Assembly: GCA_009015555.1 (NCBI GenBank)
Contig: GCA_009015555.1_3613.1
DNA from: a phage
Length of the DNA: 64,000 bases
Reading direction: 5' to 3' (one strand)
Shown in pieces: positions 17,531 to 26,698 of this stretch. Each line of letters begins with the position of its first letter. Positions within the stretch are counted from its first letter, which is position 1. The notes under the pieces were generated by a model that saw only the letters and a list, made by a program, of their open reading frames with translations, searched no databases and was not told the origin of the DNA. The position numbers were made by a program, and so were the translations under genes.

Positions 17531-18124
17531 TTAGTCAAAAGTCGTTTCACATTTATGCTGGAAACGTTCCAGTGCGATCGAGGTCCTTGGCTCCGCCAAT
17601 CCGGTCCCGTAAACATACGATTTTCCGGTCATGGTTTTACGCACACCGTATGATCCGAGTTCCAGATCTTCGTACATGACGTCGAACCCGTCCTCTGTCT
17701 CGATCACCTCTGTAGGCAGTGCATAAAACTCCCTCAGAAACTTCTGCATCTTCCCGGCGATCCACAGTGCATCCGTCCGGGTGTAGAAGTTGCTGTCATC
17801 ACTCAGCTTCATGAGTTCCAGTTTCAGGAACACAGGTAAGTGAGTTTCGTCAAGGATCGGCTCGTCACGGTAGCAAGGGGTCAACGCCATCCAACGCCCT
17901 GGTTTAAGTTTGCCCTCTTTCTCCAACTGGAGAAAAGATTGCTCCGCCGAGGCAACAACAGTATCCGGATATTTACCGTACAGGCGGGAATCATGTACGC
18001 CCGCCGGGCAGGTGTGAGACATAACATCCGGGTCTACAAGGGCCGGGACCTTTTTGGTCTCAAACCAAAGCCCCCACCAGTTAATCGCGTCACGTACCAG
18101 TGCCAAGTTCATAGGATATTTCAT
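17531..18124 (-). CDS. hypothetical protein with class-II aminoacyl-tRNA-synthetase-like motifs (tentative)
   Basis: Track ORF; motif-2-like CYRDE..HLPVF and motif-3-like GTGLAEPR; function unverified. Confidence 0.5.
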   Translation of the reverse strand: MKYPMNLALVRDAINWWGLWFETKKVPALVDPDVMSHTCPAGVHDSRLYGKYPDTVVASAEQSFLQLEKEGKLKPGRWMALTPCYRDEPILDETHLPVFLKLELMKLSDDSNFYTRTDALWIAGKMQKFLREFYALPTEVIETEDGFDVMYEDLELGSYGVRKTMTGKSYVYGTGLAEPRTSIALERFQHKCETTFD

Positions 18125-18125
18125 A

Positions 18126-18386
18126 TTACCCCCTGTGCCCGTTTTCGAATACTCGGCGGGTAATGCCGGAGAACTTTTTCAGGTCTTCCATCTTGAACCC
18201 CGGGTAGTTTTCCTCCAAGAATCCTTGCATGGCCCCGTAAAGATCAGACATCTCGACAAGAATCATGACGTGACTGCCCTGACGGTGTGCATCGACCAGT
18301 TCCTCGACCTCCTCTTGAATCTTGCCGAGAGATCCGAAACGGCGCTTTTCTATTTTGTCCAGATGATAACCAGGTTTATCTTGCAC
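18126..18386 (-). CDS. MazG/HisE-like all-alpha NTP pyrophosphohydrolase (tentative)
   Basis: Track ORF; EEVEEL...EMSDLYGA pattern. Confidence 0.45.
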   Translation of the reverse strand: MQDKPGYHLDKIEKRRFGSLGKIQEEVEELVDAHRQGSHVMILVEMSDLYGAMQGFLEENYPGFKMEDLKKFSGITRRVFENGHRG

Positions 18387-18395
18387 TTTCTCCTC

Positions 18396-18896
18396 CTATG
18401 GGCAGCAGCGCGGCCCTCCACCACAATAATATTGCCAGCTTCTACCCCCGTGGTAGTTTACTGGCCCTGCTCTCTCACACCCTGACCCGCTGCACCCCTC
18501 TTCCATAATGTGGTAGTCGATGGAACATGAGTGTGGATGGTCCAGCATATCGAGGATCTCAAAACAAAGTCCTCTCAACCATATAAAGTGATTATGCTCG
18601 CATACCTCCAACAAGTCAATCTCTTGTTTTGTCGGTTTTGCCGGATTCTCAAAATACGGGTATGATTTCCATCCAGTAATGACATGGATAACCTTACCGT
18701 CCTTTACCTCATAATCCACGCTCTCAACCAGCCTGATCGAAACCTCTTGGATTACCTCTGTGCAACTTGATCCGTAATCAGGATTTGCCTTCCCTGTGCG
18801 AATGTTTTCCTCTATCCAAGAGATAACCGGGCTTTTGGCCCGGTGTGTATCGACAGACAGGAGATGCGCCATTCTCCCGTTAGTCATTGTGACCAT
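18396..18896 (-). CDS. Cys/His-rich hypothetical protein
   Basis: Track ORF; CEHNH, HPHSC, CSGSGC, CGGGPRCC clusters. Confidence 0.5.
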   Translation of the reverse strand: MVTMTNGRMAHLLSVDTHRAKSPVISWIEENIRTGKANPDYGSSCTEVIQEVSIRLVESVDYEVKDGKVIHVITGWKSYPYFENPAKPTKQEIDLLEVCEHNHFIWLRGLCFEILDMLDHPHSCSIDYHIMEEGCSGSGCERAGPVNYHGGRSWQYYCGGGPRCCP

Positions 18897-20008
18897 GCAG
18901 CATCCTGTACATTGAGGATCAGTTCTTCCGCCAATCGCTTGTTGCTGTTCTTCGGCAGCTTACTCTCGTGGTAGAGAACTTCACGGATCAGTTTGTCCTT
19001 GTCCGATGCCCACTCAACGATGTCCTCGTAACTGTGGGTTCCGTTACGAATGCCCAGCAGTTCCTCTGCGTCCGGGCGGCGAACGATGACCTGCCCCGTT
19101 TCAAGGATTTCCTGTCCCATACGGAGCAGGCGCACCAAGTGCATGGCGTGTTTGGTGTCGTAACCGAACTTCTCCTCCAGCTCATGCCGGGCGGCGTTAC
19201 GGTTCTTCACCCACTGCCAGTAGTTGTGGTGCTTATCCTTGGCAACCGTGTGATCCTGACGAAGATATTTAACGATGAACAACGGCGGCTGCTTTTTCAC
19301 AGACTCTGGGATCTCATCGTACTGCAATTTACGGATCGACCCGTCGGGGTTGAACATCGGCCCAACATCTTCACGGTGGTCCGGTACTACGCCATAGATG
19401 TCCGCCCCGAACGGCACCAACGTGCAGACACCCTGCATATTGTTCAGCTTACGCATGAAGTCTTCGTGCTTCAGCACCTTCACGTCGAGGTAGCTCTGTA
19501 CCAAACGGAAGAACTCAAGTTGGGTCGGCTTTTCTTCCGGCATCGGGTTGTTGATATGCTTGTTGTGACCCTTGATGCGTTTCAACTGCGCCATCGCATA
19601 ACCGCCGAAGCGGTAGGCCACGTTTTTGTTCAGCAGTTGCGGCAGGAAGGACTTCAAATAGTCCCACGCCGGATGCTTGTACAGAGTCGCCTGATCATCA
19701 GTGAAGCCCAGTTCAATGATATTTGGGTTCATGTCGCAGAACAACTCCATGAAGTTGTTCAGTTCGTAAACCTTTCCATCTTCCTCGTCCTCGATCCCCA
19801 TCTCACGGAGGGTTCGGAAAGGTGCCCGGATTACTCCCGGGCGGGCAACGATGATGCCACGAATATCAGTGTCGCTAGTCGGCGTCGCCGTCCCATACGC
19901 ATGAGATCCTGCGAGACATAGCATCAGCACCTTCGATACGTCTTTGTGACTTTCCAGCTTCTCGACGATGCTTTTTACCCTTCCATTTGTCACAATGGTA
20001 TTTTCCAT
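18884..20008 (-). CDS. nucleotidyltransferase-fold protein (Pol-beta superfamily signature GS..G...SDTD)
   Basis: Track ORF 18884..20041; start at in-frame ATG (MENTIV). Confidence 0.6.
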   Translation of the reverse strand: MENTIVTNGRVKSIVEKLESHKDVSKVLMLCLAGSHAYGTATPTSDTDIRGIIVARPGVIRAPFRTLREMGIEDEEDGKVYELNNFMELFCDMNPNIIELGFTDDQATLYKHPAWDYLKSFLPQLLNKNVAYRFGGYAMAQLKRIKGHNKHINNPMPEEKPTQLEFFRLVQSYLDVKVLKHEDFMRKLNNMQGVCTLVPFGADIYGVVPDHREDVGPMFNPDGSIRKLQYDEIPESVKKQPPLFIVKYLRQDHTVAKDKHHNYWQWVKNRNAARHELEEKFGYDTKHAMHLVRLLRMGQEILETGQVIVRRPDAEELLGIRNGTHSYEDIVEWASDKDKLIREVLYHESKLPKNSNKRLAEELILNVQDAAWSQ

Positions 20009-20095
20009 TAATCCTCCAGTCGTGCAAATCACAGAGACCAACCCATCCGGGCTTTTTCACCCGGATGAAACTGTCACAGTTAGTACAGTCTTTTG

Positions 20096-20497
20096 TTACA
20101 GACATTTTACCCCGTAGAAAATCAGAGCGATCACCATCCCGGTTGTGTAGATTGCACCGAAGACGTGCTGACCGTAAGTGTACGTTTTCGCCTTGCCTGC
20201 ATTGGCAATGCCCAAGATATAGCTAACGATGATCGATGCCCAGTGTACAATCATGATGCCGAGGCTCAGTGCGCCAGGGGACCAAATGTACAGCGAGTAC
20301 GAAAGGTACGCTGCAAAGATACCCATCAAAGTTTTGAAGAGAAGAGACCCGGCACCTAACGTTCGCTGTTCGAACTTCAACGCCTCCGGCTTAATGCTTT
20401 CCAAGAAGAGCATCAGACCCAAGCTGATTACATTCAGGCTCGCGCCCAAGCAGAAGATTACCATAAGAACGATGTACTGCCAAGTTGGTGCCAACAT
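20096..20497 (-). CDS. integral membrane protein (4 TM)
   Basis: Track ORF; hydrophobic. Confidence 0.5.
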   Translation of the reverse strand: MLAPTWQYIVLMVIFCLGASLNVISLGLMLFLESIKPEALKFEQRTLGAGSLLFKTLMGIFAAYLSYSLYIWSPGALSLGIMIVHWASIIVSYILGIANAGKAKTYTYGQHVFGAIYTTGMVIALIFYGVKCL

Positions 20498-20898
20498 TAT
20501 AATTTCTCCTCATAAATATCAGTGATGAGGTCAGAGACCTCGAAAGGTTCTAACTCTTCAACGTTAATCAACCGCTTCAGTCGCTCGATAACGAAGTCCT
20601 TCTTCACAAACACATCCGACAAGTGGGCAATGTCCTGCTTGCCACGCATCCCACTGACCAACTGCTTGTACCGGATGTGCTCATAATACTCTTCCCGGGT
20701 GATGTCTGTCAACATCTTTCCGTCTTCCAGTTTCAGAAAGACAGTCCCGTGGTCCCAGTCGAATCCACTGTGGGCAGAGTCTACACCGACACGGGGTGTT
20801 CCGCCAATGGTCACGAAACCTTTGTCGATCTGTACCGCCACTTTGTCTTCCGGGTTGCATTTCTGCAACTGCTCAATCAACTCTTTAACTTTTATCAT
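20497..20898 (-). CDS. hypothetical protein (133 aa)
   Basis: Track ORF. Confidence 0.55.
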   Translation of the reverse strand: MIKVKELIEQLQKCNPEDKVAVQIDKGFVTIGGTPRVGVDSAHSGFDWDHGTVFLKLEDGKMLTDITREEYYEHIRYKQLVSGMRGKQDIAHLSDVFVKKDFVIERLKRLINVEELEPFEVSDLITDIYEEKL

Positions 20899-21194
20899 TT
20901 GCCAACCTTACAGAAATGTGCCAAGGCCAGCCCAATCAGAGACAGAATTGCCGCCGCCAAGATGAAAGGTAAAAAGAACGGTAGTATTGTCAGGAGTACC
21001 GGGGTGATGAAGCCAAGAACGGCACCAACCAATGACCCCAGTACGGCCCCATTTTCACGATTGTAACTCGGTTCCCCGGCGAGGGCCAAGAGTACCACCC
21101 CTAACCACACCAGGACACCGATTATCGCCCATACCCACCCGATCATCACGACACTACCGATGGCGTTCGAGGCCGCAACCATTAAATCAAACAT
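20895..21194 (-). CDS. integral membrane protein (99 aa)
   Basis: Track ORF; hydrophobic. Confidence 0.5.
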   Translation of the reverse strand: MFDLMVAASNAIGSVVMIGWVWAIIGVLVWLGVVLLALAGEPSYNRENGAVLGSLVGAVLGFITPVLLTILPFFLPFILAAAILSLIGLALAHFCKVGK

Positions 21195-21195
21195 A

Positions 21196-21651
21196 TTAAC
21201 CCCTTTTAAGATGGAACTTTTTCAGTTCGACGATGAAATTACGTTCTGTTTCCGTAAAGTCTACCCAGCGGCAGAAATCGCCCTCCCCGAAGTAACCCGC
21301 CGGGGCCTCTCCGTCCTCGTCCAGCTTAACATCGTAAAAGTAATCTGGGAGAACGAAGGCAATAGCCGTCAGTGCCCCGTTCAGTGCATCCTCTTCCTCA
21401 TGGAAGTAAGCAAACGGAATGGAACTTGGGATCTTATCCGCAAATTCATACATCCGTTGCTGATACCCGCCGTCCAGCACGATAAAGGTTTTATCCTTCT
21501 TGAGCCACTGCTCGATCATTTTCACTTTCGGATTGTCTCGCGGTTCGTCCCAGTAGTCAGCCAGTAGTTCGCAGGCAGCATGTCCCGGCTGGATACCTGC
21601 CTGGATGCCCATGATATACTGGTTGACCAAGAAATACATACGAGTCTTCAC
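21196..21651 (-). CDS. PTH2-like peptidyl-tRNA hydrolase (tentative)
   Basis: Track ORF; IMGIQAGIQPGHAA resembles PTH2 GKIAAQCxHAA core. Confidence 0.45.
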   Translation of the reverse strand: MKTRMYFLVNQYIMGIQAGIQPGHAACELLADYWDEPRDNPKVKMIEQWLKKDKTFIVLDGGYQQRMYEFADKIPSSIPFAYFHEEEDALNGALTAIAFVLPDYFYDVKLDEDGEAPAGYFGEGDFCRWVDFTETERNFIVELKKFHLKRG

Positions 21652-21974
21652 TCTTTACCTCCGAAAATTTTACGGGCCAATTCCTCATCGCCGATCGTGT
21701 GGTTCCAAATCCACCGGATTATTTCAATTGCCCACGCGATAGCGTAACAGCCGATCAGGATAAACCATGCAATGGGCCAAACCACTGCGATCAAGACCCA
21801 CCCTAGCATTAGCATGGACCAATCCACGGTTTTACCCTTGTCCAAAGGGCAAAGATACCACCCATCGATGGCGTCCGGCATCTTTATCCCCCGGCCAGTC
21901 TGCCGCCACTTGATAATCCCGAACCACACTGCCGCACTAATACAGACGCCAAGTAGGTAAATTGGAATCGTCAT
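21648..21974 (-). CDS. membrane protein (108 aa)
   Basis: Track ORF; hydrophobic. Confidence 0.5.
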   Translation of the reverse strand: MTIPIYLLGVCISAAVWFGIIKWRQTGRGIKMPDAIDGWYLCPLDKGKTVDWSMLMLGWVLIAVVWPIAWFILIGCYAIAWAIEIIRWIWNHTIGDEELARKIFGGKE

Positions 21975-23253
21975 ACCCTTCCTCCTCTCTTAATTTTTTG
22001 ATTTCTGCCTTTACTCGTGATAGAGCGCGGGCAACGTATTTAACTTTCATCGCTCGGATCTCAGAAGAGATTAATTCACGACGACCTGCCAATCTCGCGG
22101 AGATCTCTTTACTCTTCTCGGAGATTTCCAGTCGATTCTTATGCAACTCGACAGCACAGGCCCATAGTACATGAGGCTGGTCGTAGATGTCAAACATTTT
22201 CTCCGGCCCACGACCCCGTGCGTCGCACATACAAGCCTCAATGAACTTCAGTGCGAACTGATTTTCCTGCGGTTTGTGCGCCTTGATGCGTTCAATCAGG
22301 TCGAATACCTTGCGAGGCTTCAGATCCATGATCCGGTGCAGTCGTGTGTGGTCGGCGCAAACGCGATGGGCGAGGTCTGCCCATTTGTTTGGTACGCCGA
22401 ATCGCTCGCTCAGTTGTGCAACCAACCCAAGACCGAAGTATTCGTGCCCGTGCAGGTTCCCGTACTCAAAATACTGGACCTTCCCCAAGTCGTGACACAG
22501 GACTGCCCATTTCACCTCCGGTGATGACATGATGCGCTGGGCATAGTCCAAACACAGCAGCGTGTGAACGTATGCGTCACCCTCGGGGTGGTGGGCTTTC
22601 GGCTGCAATGCACCTCGCAGGTTTGCCACCTCCGGCATTTCCCCAAGATTGCAGAGCATGTCGATCATCAACGAGGGTCGGTTGTCATTACTCTGGTCCT
22701 CGAAGCATTTGCGGATCTCAGCCATCTTGCGCTCTTTCGGGAGCGCAGCCAGTGTCGCTTTTGCACTCTCGCAAACGAACATCGTTGAGTGGTCCACCAC
22801 GAACTTGCCGCCAAAGCGGGCCAAGAATCGAGCCAGGCGGTAGATACGGAGCGGGTCTTCACGCATAGCTGCCGCTGATACGTTCCTCAGAACACCTTTT
22901 TGGATGTCACGGATGCCGCCATATGGGTCGATGTATTCCCCGGTCTCCAGATCCTTTGCGATCGCATTAATGGTCAAGTCCCGGCGGGCCAAGTCCTCTT
23001 CGATGGTCACATCTGGGCTGAACATCACCTCGAAATCGTGGTATCCTGCGCCAGTTGAACGCTCGGTACGGGCCAGGGCGTACTCTTCCTTGGTCTCAGG
23101 ATGCAGGTAAACTGGGAATGCGGCACCAACTTGCTCGAAGCCGAGTGCCATCATCTCTTCGTGGGTGGAGCCGACCACAACGTAGTCACGGTCTTTGCTC
23201 TCAACACCCATCAGTTCATCGCGGACCGCGCCGCCTACCAGATAGATTTTCAT
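21937..23253 (-). CDS. cca: tRNA nucleotidyltransferase (CCA-adding enzyme) with HD domain
   Basis: MKIYLVGGAVRD..DRDYVVVG head motif, RDLTINA, HD-domain HHPEGDAYVHTL. Confidence 0.9.
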   Translation of the reverse strand: MKIYLVGGAVRDELMGVESKDRDYVVVGSTHEEMMALGFEQVGAAFPVYLHPETKEEYALARTERSTGAGYHDFEVMFSPDVTIEEDLARRDLTINAIAKDLETGEYIDPYGGIRDIQKGVLRNVSAAAMREDPLRIYRLARFLARFGGKFVVDHSTMFVCESAKATLAALPKERKMAEIRKCFEDQSNDNRPSLMIDMLCNLGEMPEVANLRGALQPKAHHPEGDAYVHTLLCLDYAQRIMSSPEVKWAVLCHDLGKVQYFEYGNLHGHEYFGLGLVAQLSERFGVPNKWADLAHRVCADHTRLHRIMDLKPRKVFDLIERIKAHKPQENQFALKFIEACMCDARGRGPEKMFDIYDQPHVLWACAVELHKNRLEISEKSKEISARLAGRRELISSEIRAMKVKYVARALSRVKAEIKKLREEEGYDDSNLPTWRLY

Positions 23254-23471
23254 TTTTTGATGTTCCCTTCCCAGTTGTGCAGATAATCATCGAAGGTCTC
23301 TTTGCAATCGGCAGAGACCACTACTTCCGTATCATCACCCCAGTTGGTGACTCCAGACTCAACAACCTTGAGGTGCTTGGCACCCCAGGATGGGTTGTAC
23401 ACATCATCGAAAAACTTACCCGGCACCGTGCCGCCTTCAAACAGATAGGTTCTTTCTACGTATCCGCTCAT
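23250..23471 (-). CDS. hypothetical protein (73 aa)
   Basis: Track ORF; ATGA overlap. Confidence 0.5.
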   Translation of the reverse strand: MSGYVERTYLFEGGTVPGKFFDDVYNPSWGAKHLKVVESGVTNWGDDTEVVVSADCKETFDDYLHNWEGNIKK

Positions 23472-23800
23472 ACTCTTTCTCCTCGTAAGTTGACAGACCA
23501 GCGGTCAATATCCTTTTCCCAATCCATCGTTCGTTTGGGCATCTCTTTCTCACCACGCAGGTATCTTATGATATTCAGCGGGTGCTTGTCAACAAAAGAA
23601 ATGTCGCTGAACGGGTCATACTCACCACGAAGCATGTTTTCGAATCGAGTGAACTCATTGCCGGACTTTGCCTCAATGGTCATTACGTCAAAATCGTCGT
23701 GTGGACGAGCAGGATCATGAGGGTACACGACCATTTCATACCCTGACAGAGTTTTGGCTTTCTTTGTAAACACCGGGCGGTAAAAAATGTCGTATTTCAT
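23468..23800 (-). CDS. hypothetical protein (start at ATG with RBS GAGGAG)
   Basis: Track ORF 23468..23866. Confidence 0.5.
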   Translation of the reverse strand: MKYDIFYRPVFTKKAKTLSGYEMVVYPHDPARPHDDFDVMTIEAKSGNEFTRFENMLRGEYDPFSDISFVDKHPLNIIRYLRGEKEMPKRTMDWEKDIDRWSVNLRGERV

Positions 23801-23847
23801 GATTATCTCCTCTTCAATGATGGTCATTATACACATGTCTGGTCGCA

Positions 23848-23882
23848 ATGCAATAAAAAAGGCCACCCGAAGGTGACCTTTT
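23848..23882 (-). terminator. rho-independent terminator
   Basis: Minus strand hairpin GGTCACC-TTCG-GGTGGCC followed by TTTTTT. Confidence 0.5.
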
Positions 23883-23884
23883 TG

Positions 23885-24397
23885 TTATTTGGGAGAGACC
23901 CAGTAGAAAGGCTTCTCCAGATTCAGCTTTTTCAGTGGGTCCCAGATGAAATATGCGTACCCGGCACCGTCTGTTTTACCATCCTCGGTGAAGGATGGTC
24001 GCTTCGACAACGTGATCAGGTGGTCAAGGGGGTACTGTTTCCAGAACTCCTCTCGACGCATACTCTCCAAGAACCCCAGGCGCAGCAGCATGATTACGAC
24101 ATCTGCATCTTTATGGGCCTTCTCCACAAACTCTTGGGCCAAGGAGTAGGGCGGATTGGTGATAATGCAATCCACACGATCGTAAGAAGTATTAAGGTAA
24201 TCAACACCGTCCCTGATCTCTCCCCACGCTGACCCGATCGGCAGTTCGTTGTAAAAGCGCCCGGAGGCGCGACAAGGTTCCATGTAAGTCCAGCCCTTGC
24301 GGATTGGAATCAGGTCGAACAGACATTTTACTGCCCACTCAGGAGTTTCGTATACATCGAATGCCTTACGTTCGCCCTTCGGCTTCAGTGCCGCCAT
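23885..24397 (-). CDS. small DNA N6-adenine methyltransferase-like protein (NPPY motif)
   Basis: Track ORF; motif IV IITNPPY, motif-I-like EPCRASGRF. Confidence 0.55.
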   Translation of the reverse strand: MAALKPKGERKAFDVYETPEWAVKCLFDLIPIRKGWTYMEPCRASGRFYNELPIGSAWGEIRDGVDYLNTSYDRVDCIITNPPYSLAQEFVEKAHKDADVVIMLLRLGFLESMRREEFWKQYPLDHLITLSKRPSFTEDGKTDGAGYAYFIWDPLKKLNLEKPFYWVSPK

Positions 24398-25320
24398 TAA
24401 TCTTCCTCTCCAACATAGAACTGACTTCCCGCCAGGATTTCTTCAATCAAGCACTCCAGTGCCTGCTGACGAGTATTCTGCGAGGGATCGAGATCAAGGC
24501 CAAAGGCAATGCCGATCTCCTCGATCTCGTCCATGTTGTACTCATCGAAATCCTTCGGGCACAGGGTACTCAGACGAAACACCTTTTTGTAGCCGTCATC
24601 CAAGGTGATGTCGAACTCATCTCCCTGTGGGAAGTCTTCCGCCGACAGAACTTTAGTCTCCGGGAACGGAAGGGAAATTACCTCTCCGATCGGCAATAAA
24701 ATACCTTCGTCCTGTGAAGCAGGTTCCGGCAGTTTACCCGAGCCAAATCGGGAAAGAATCTGCTCACGACGTTCACTGTTCTGCAAACGCTCACGCATCT
24801 CTTCCGCCGTCAGGTATATTTCCCCGGCACGTTCGAACAACTCAGCCAGTTCAAGAGGCGTCAGGACCTCAGCCATCATCCCGTAGAACTTCTCTTTGAA
24901 GAGACGTTCATAAAATTTGCTGCGGGCGATCACGTGGGCACTATCACCTCCAGATCCCAACTGAACGTTGTGGAACATGAAATAGCAGCCGTCTTCACAA
25001 ATACGCTCATCCCCGGACAGGAAGATCGTGGTTGCTGCACTGGCACACTCACCAATGGCCCGGGTAATGATCTTCGCCTTGCTGTCACGGAAAGCAGCGA
25101 GGTACATGTCGGCAATGTCTACTCGCCCGCCCGGTGATGTGATCAGGATTTCAATAACATCATCTTCCTCTGCGGTCCGAATCATGTCCAAACCCTCGAA
25201 GTGGTTTCGTGGATCATTGTCCAGTTCGGTCACATAGAGACGCCAGTCACGGCGCTCTTGAGGGGTACACCAAAGGTTACCACGGTAAGTTTGATCAACG
25301 GTATCGAATTGCTCTTCCAT
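24397..25320 (-). CDS. ClpP-family serine peptidase-like protein with C-terminal extension
   Basis: ITSPGGRVDIADMY...ECASAATTIFLSGD...FMFHNVQLGSGG matches ClpP Ser/His region. Confidence 0.6.
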   Translation of the reverse strand: MEEQFDTVDQTYRGNLWCTPQERRDWRLYVTELDNDPRNHFEGLDMIRTAEEDDVIEILITSPGGRVDIADMYLAAFRDSKAKIITRAIGECASAATTIFLSGDERICEDGCYFMFHNVQLGSGGDSAHVIARSKFYERLFKEKFYGMMAEVLTPLELAELFERAGEIYLTAEEMRERLQNSERREQILSRFGSGKLPEPASQDEGILLPIGEVISLPFPETKVLSAEDFPQGDEFDITLDDGYKKVFRLSTLCPKDFDEYNMDEIEEIGIAFGLDLDPSQNTRQQALECLIEEILAGSQFYVGEED

Positions 25321-25796
25321 CAGGCCCCCTTGCTCAGTTCAGTACGGACACGAATGTGGTTTTGCAGAATCCACTCAATAACCTGAGACCGATCCGAATC
25401 CACAATTACTTCATGATGGCGCTTGAACATGTCGAGGATCTTTTGAGCCTCGACCGCATACCGCGCTGCCCGGTCGATAAACAGCAGACGCTCTTTTGCA
25501 TCACCTGTCACCGGACACAGTTCACTTGGCACCTCGATATCTGCCAAATGGTCAACCAGTTCTTGACGCTTTGAGAACATGAGGTGGACCTCTTGCTCAA
25601 CTGGCATCGACAGGTCGAATAATTTGGCCCAAAAGCCGGGCTTAACCCGTAGCTTACGGACGTTGATGATTTCCTCTTTCATGTCCAAGAAAAGGAGTTC
25701 CGCCAGATCTTCCAGGCGAGCGGCATCGACAGCACCACAGTTTTTAAGTTCCATCAGTTTGCGATGTTCAACTGTGGCAAAAATACCCTTATCCAT
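25320..25796 (-). CDS. hypothetical protein (start at ATG with RBS GGGAGAG)
   Basis: Track ORF 25320..25946. Confidence 0.5.
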   Translation of the reverse strand: MDKGIFATVEHRKLMELKNCGAVDAARLEDLAELLFLDMKEEIINVRKLRVKPGFWAKLFDLSMPVEQEVHLMFSKRQELVDHLADIEVPSELCPVTGDAKERLLFIDRAARYAVEAQKILDMFKRHHEVIVDSDRSQVIEWILQNHIRVRTELSKGA

Positions 25797-25806
25797 AAAC
25801 TCTCCC

Positions 25807-26121
25807 TTAGATACCGACGAGGTAGTGAAATTTTCCGTCATCTGACGTAATTTTGTCAATAACGTAGTACCACTCATTGATACCTCGCTTAACACTAATG
25901 CCAACCCGATCACCAGGGGACAACTGCACATCAGAAATGTGCTCAATTGCCTCTCGGAAATAACGCCAATGGGTCATCTCCTTGAAAGCACAGATACGCT
26001 TGTTGGAACCATCCACGGTCCAGAGCGCTTGGTTGGCCCACTGACCTACCGACCACTTCCCGGTCTTCTTATCCTTACCCAGTGCAAAAGCGCTGTTAAG
26101 GTTATTACGATTTAAGGCCAC
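25807..26121 (-). CDS. hypothetical protein (104 aa)
   Basis: Track ORF. Confidence 0.5.
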   Translation of the reverse strand: MALNRNNLNSAFALGKDKKTGKWSVGQWANQALWTVDGSNKRICAFKEMTHWRYFREAIEHISDVQLSPGDRVGISVKRGINEWYYVIDKITSDDGKFHYLVGI

Positions 26122-26698
26122 GCTTTTCCTCCATACTTACCAAAAACTTCTCAAGGACTTCGTGGTTTTTCTCATGAAGGAGATTCAAGGTACGAATACC
26201 CTGCTTCTTCGCAAGATTCACTGCCGTCGCCGTCCCACCCTTCGGGTCACCCTTCTTGGTTTCGAGGGCGTAATATAACACAAACTTGCTCTGGTTCAAG
26301 TAAGCATTTCCGAGATCGGCACCGAACAACTGGTGTACGTTCCGTTCATGGAGCTTGCGAGCACCTTGGGATAACCTCTCCCACCCACCATGCACTTCCT
26401 TCACCCAATCCCAACGCATCTCTGCGTGTTCCGGGAACTGTCTGTCCACAGCGTCCAAAGTGATGTCCCACGTATTGACAAGGCCATCACCACCTGTGAA
26501 ACCTCTCCAAGGGATGAAGATCTCACATTTTGCACCTTCAAATCTCTGCGCTCCACGTTGGAACGCCGCATCCGCCCCGGCAGCTTTACCGGAACGCAAA
26601 ACAAACCCCATACGGGCTAGTCGGTAAGCGGCGTCTTCCATGACGCCTACGACTTCAGCCGGGGTTTCACGGGAACCAATCCCGGTGTATGCCGTCAT
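26105..26698 (-). CDS. DprA/SLOG-like Rossmann-fold protein (tentative)
   Basis: YTGIGSRETP...VLRSGKAAGADAAF pattern. Confidence 0.45.
   Translation of the reverse strand: MTAYTGIGSRETPAEVVGVMEDAAYRLARMGFVLRSGKAAGADAAFQRGAQRFEGAKCEIFIPWRGFTGGDGLVNTWDITLDAVDRQFPEHAEMRWDWVKEVHGGWERLSQGARKLHERNVHQLFGADLGNAYLNQSKFVLYYALETKKGDPKGGTATAVNLAKKQGIRTLNLLHEKNHEVLEKFLVSMEEKRGLKS

Noticed and set aside
19875-20105. Cys-rich 76-aa minus ORF
   Set aside because: Overlaps the N-terminus of the nucleotidyltransferase gene by more than 130 nt; no independent support.
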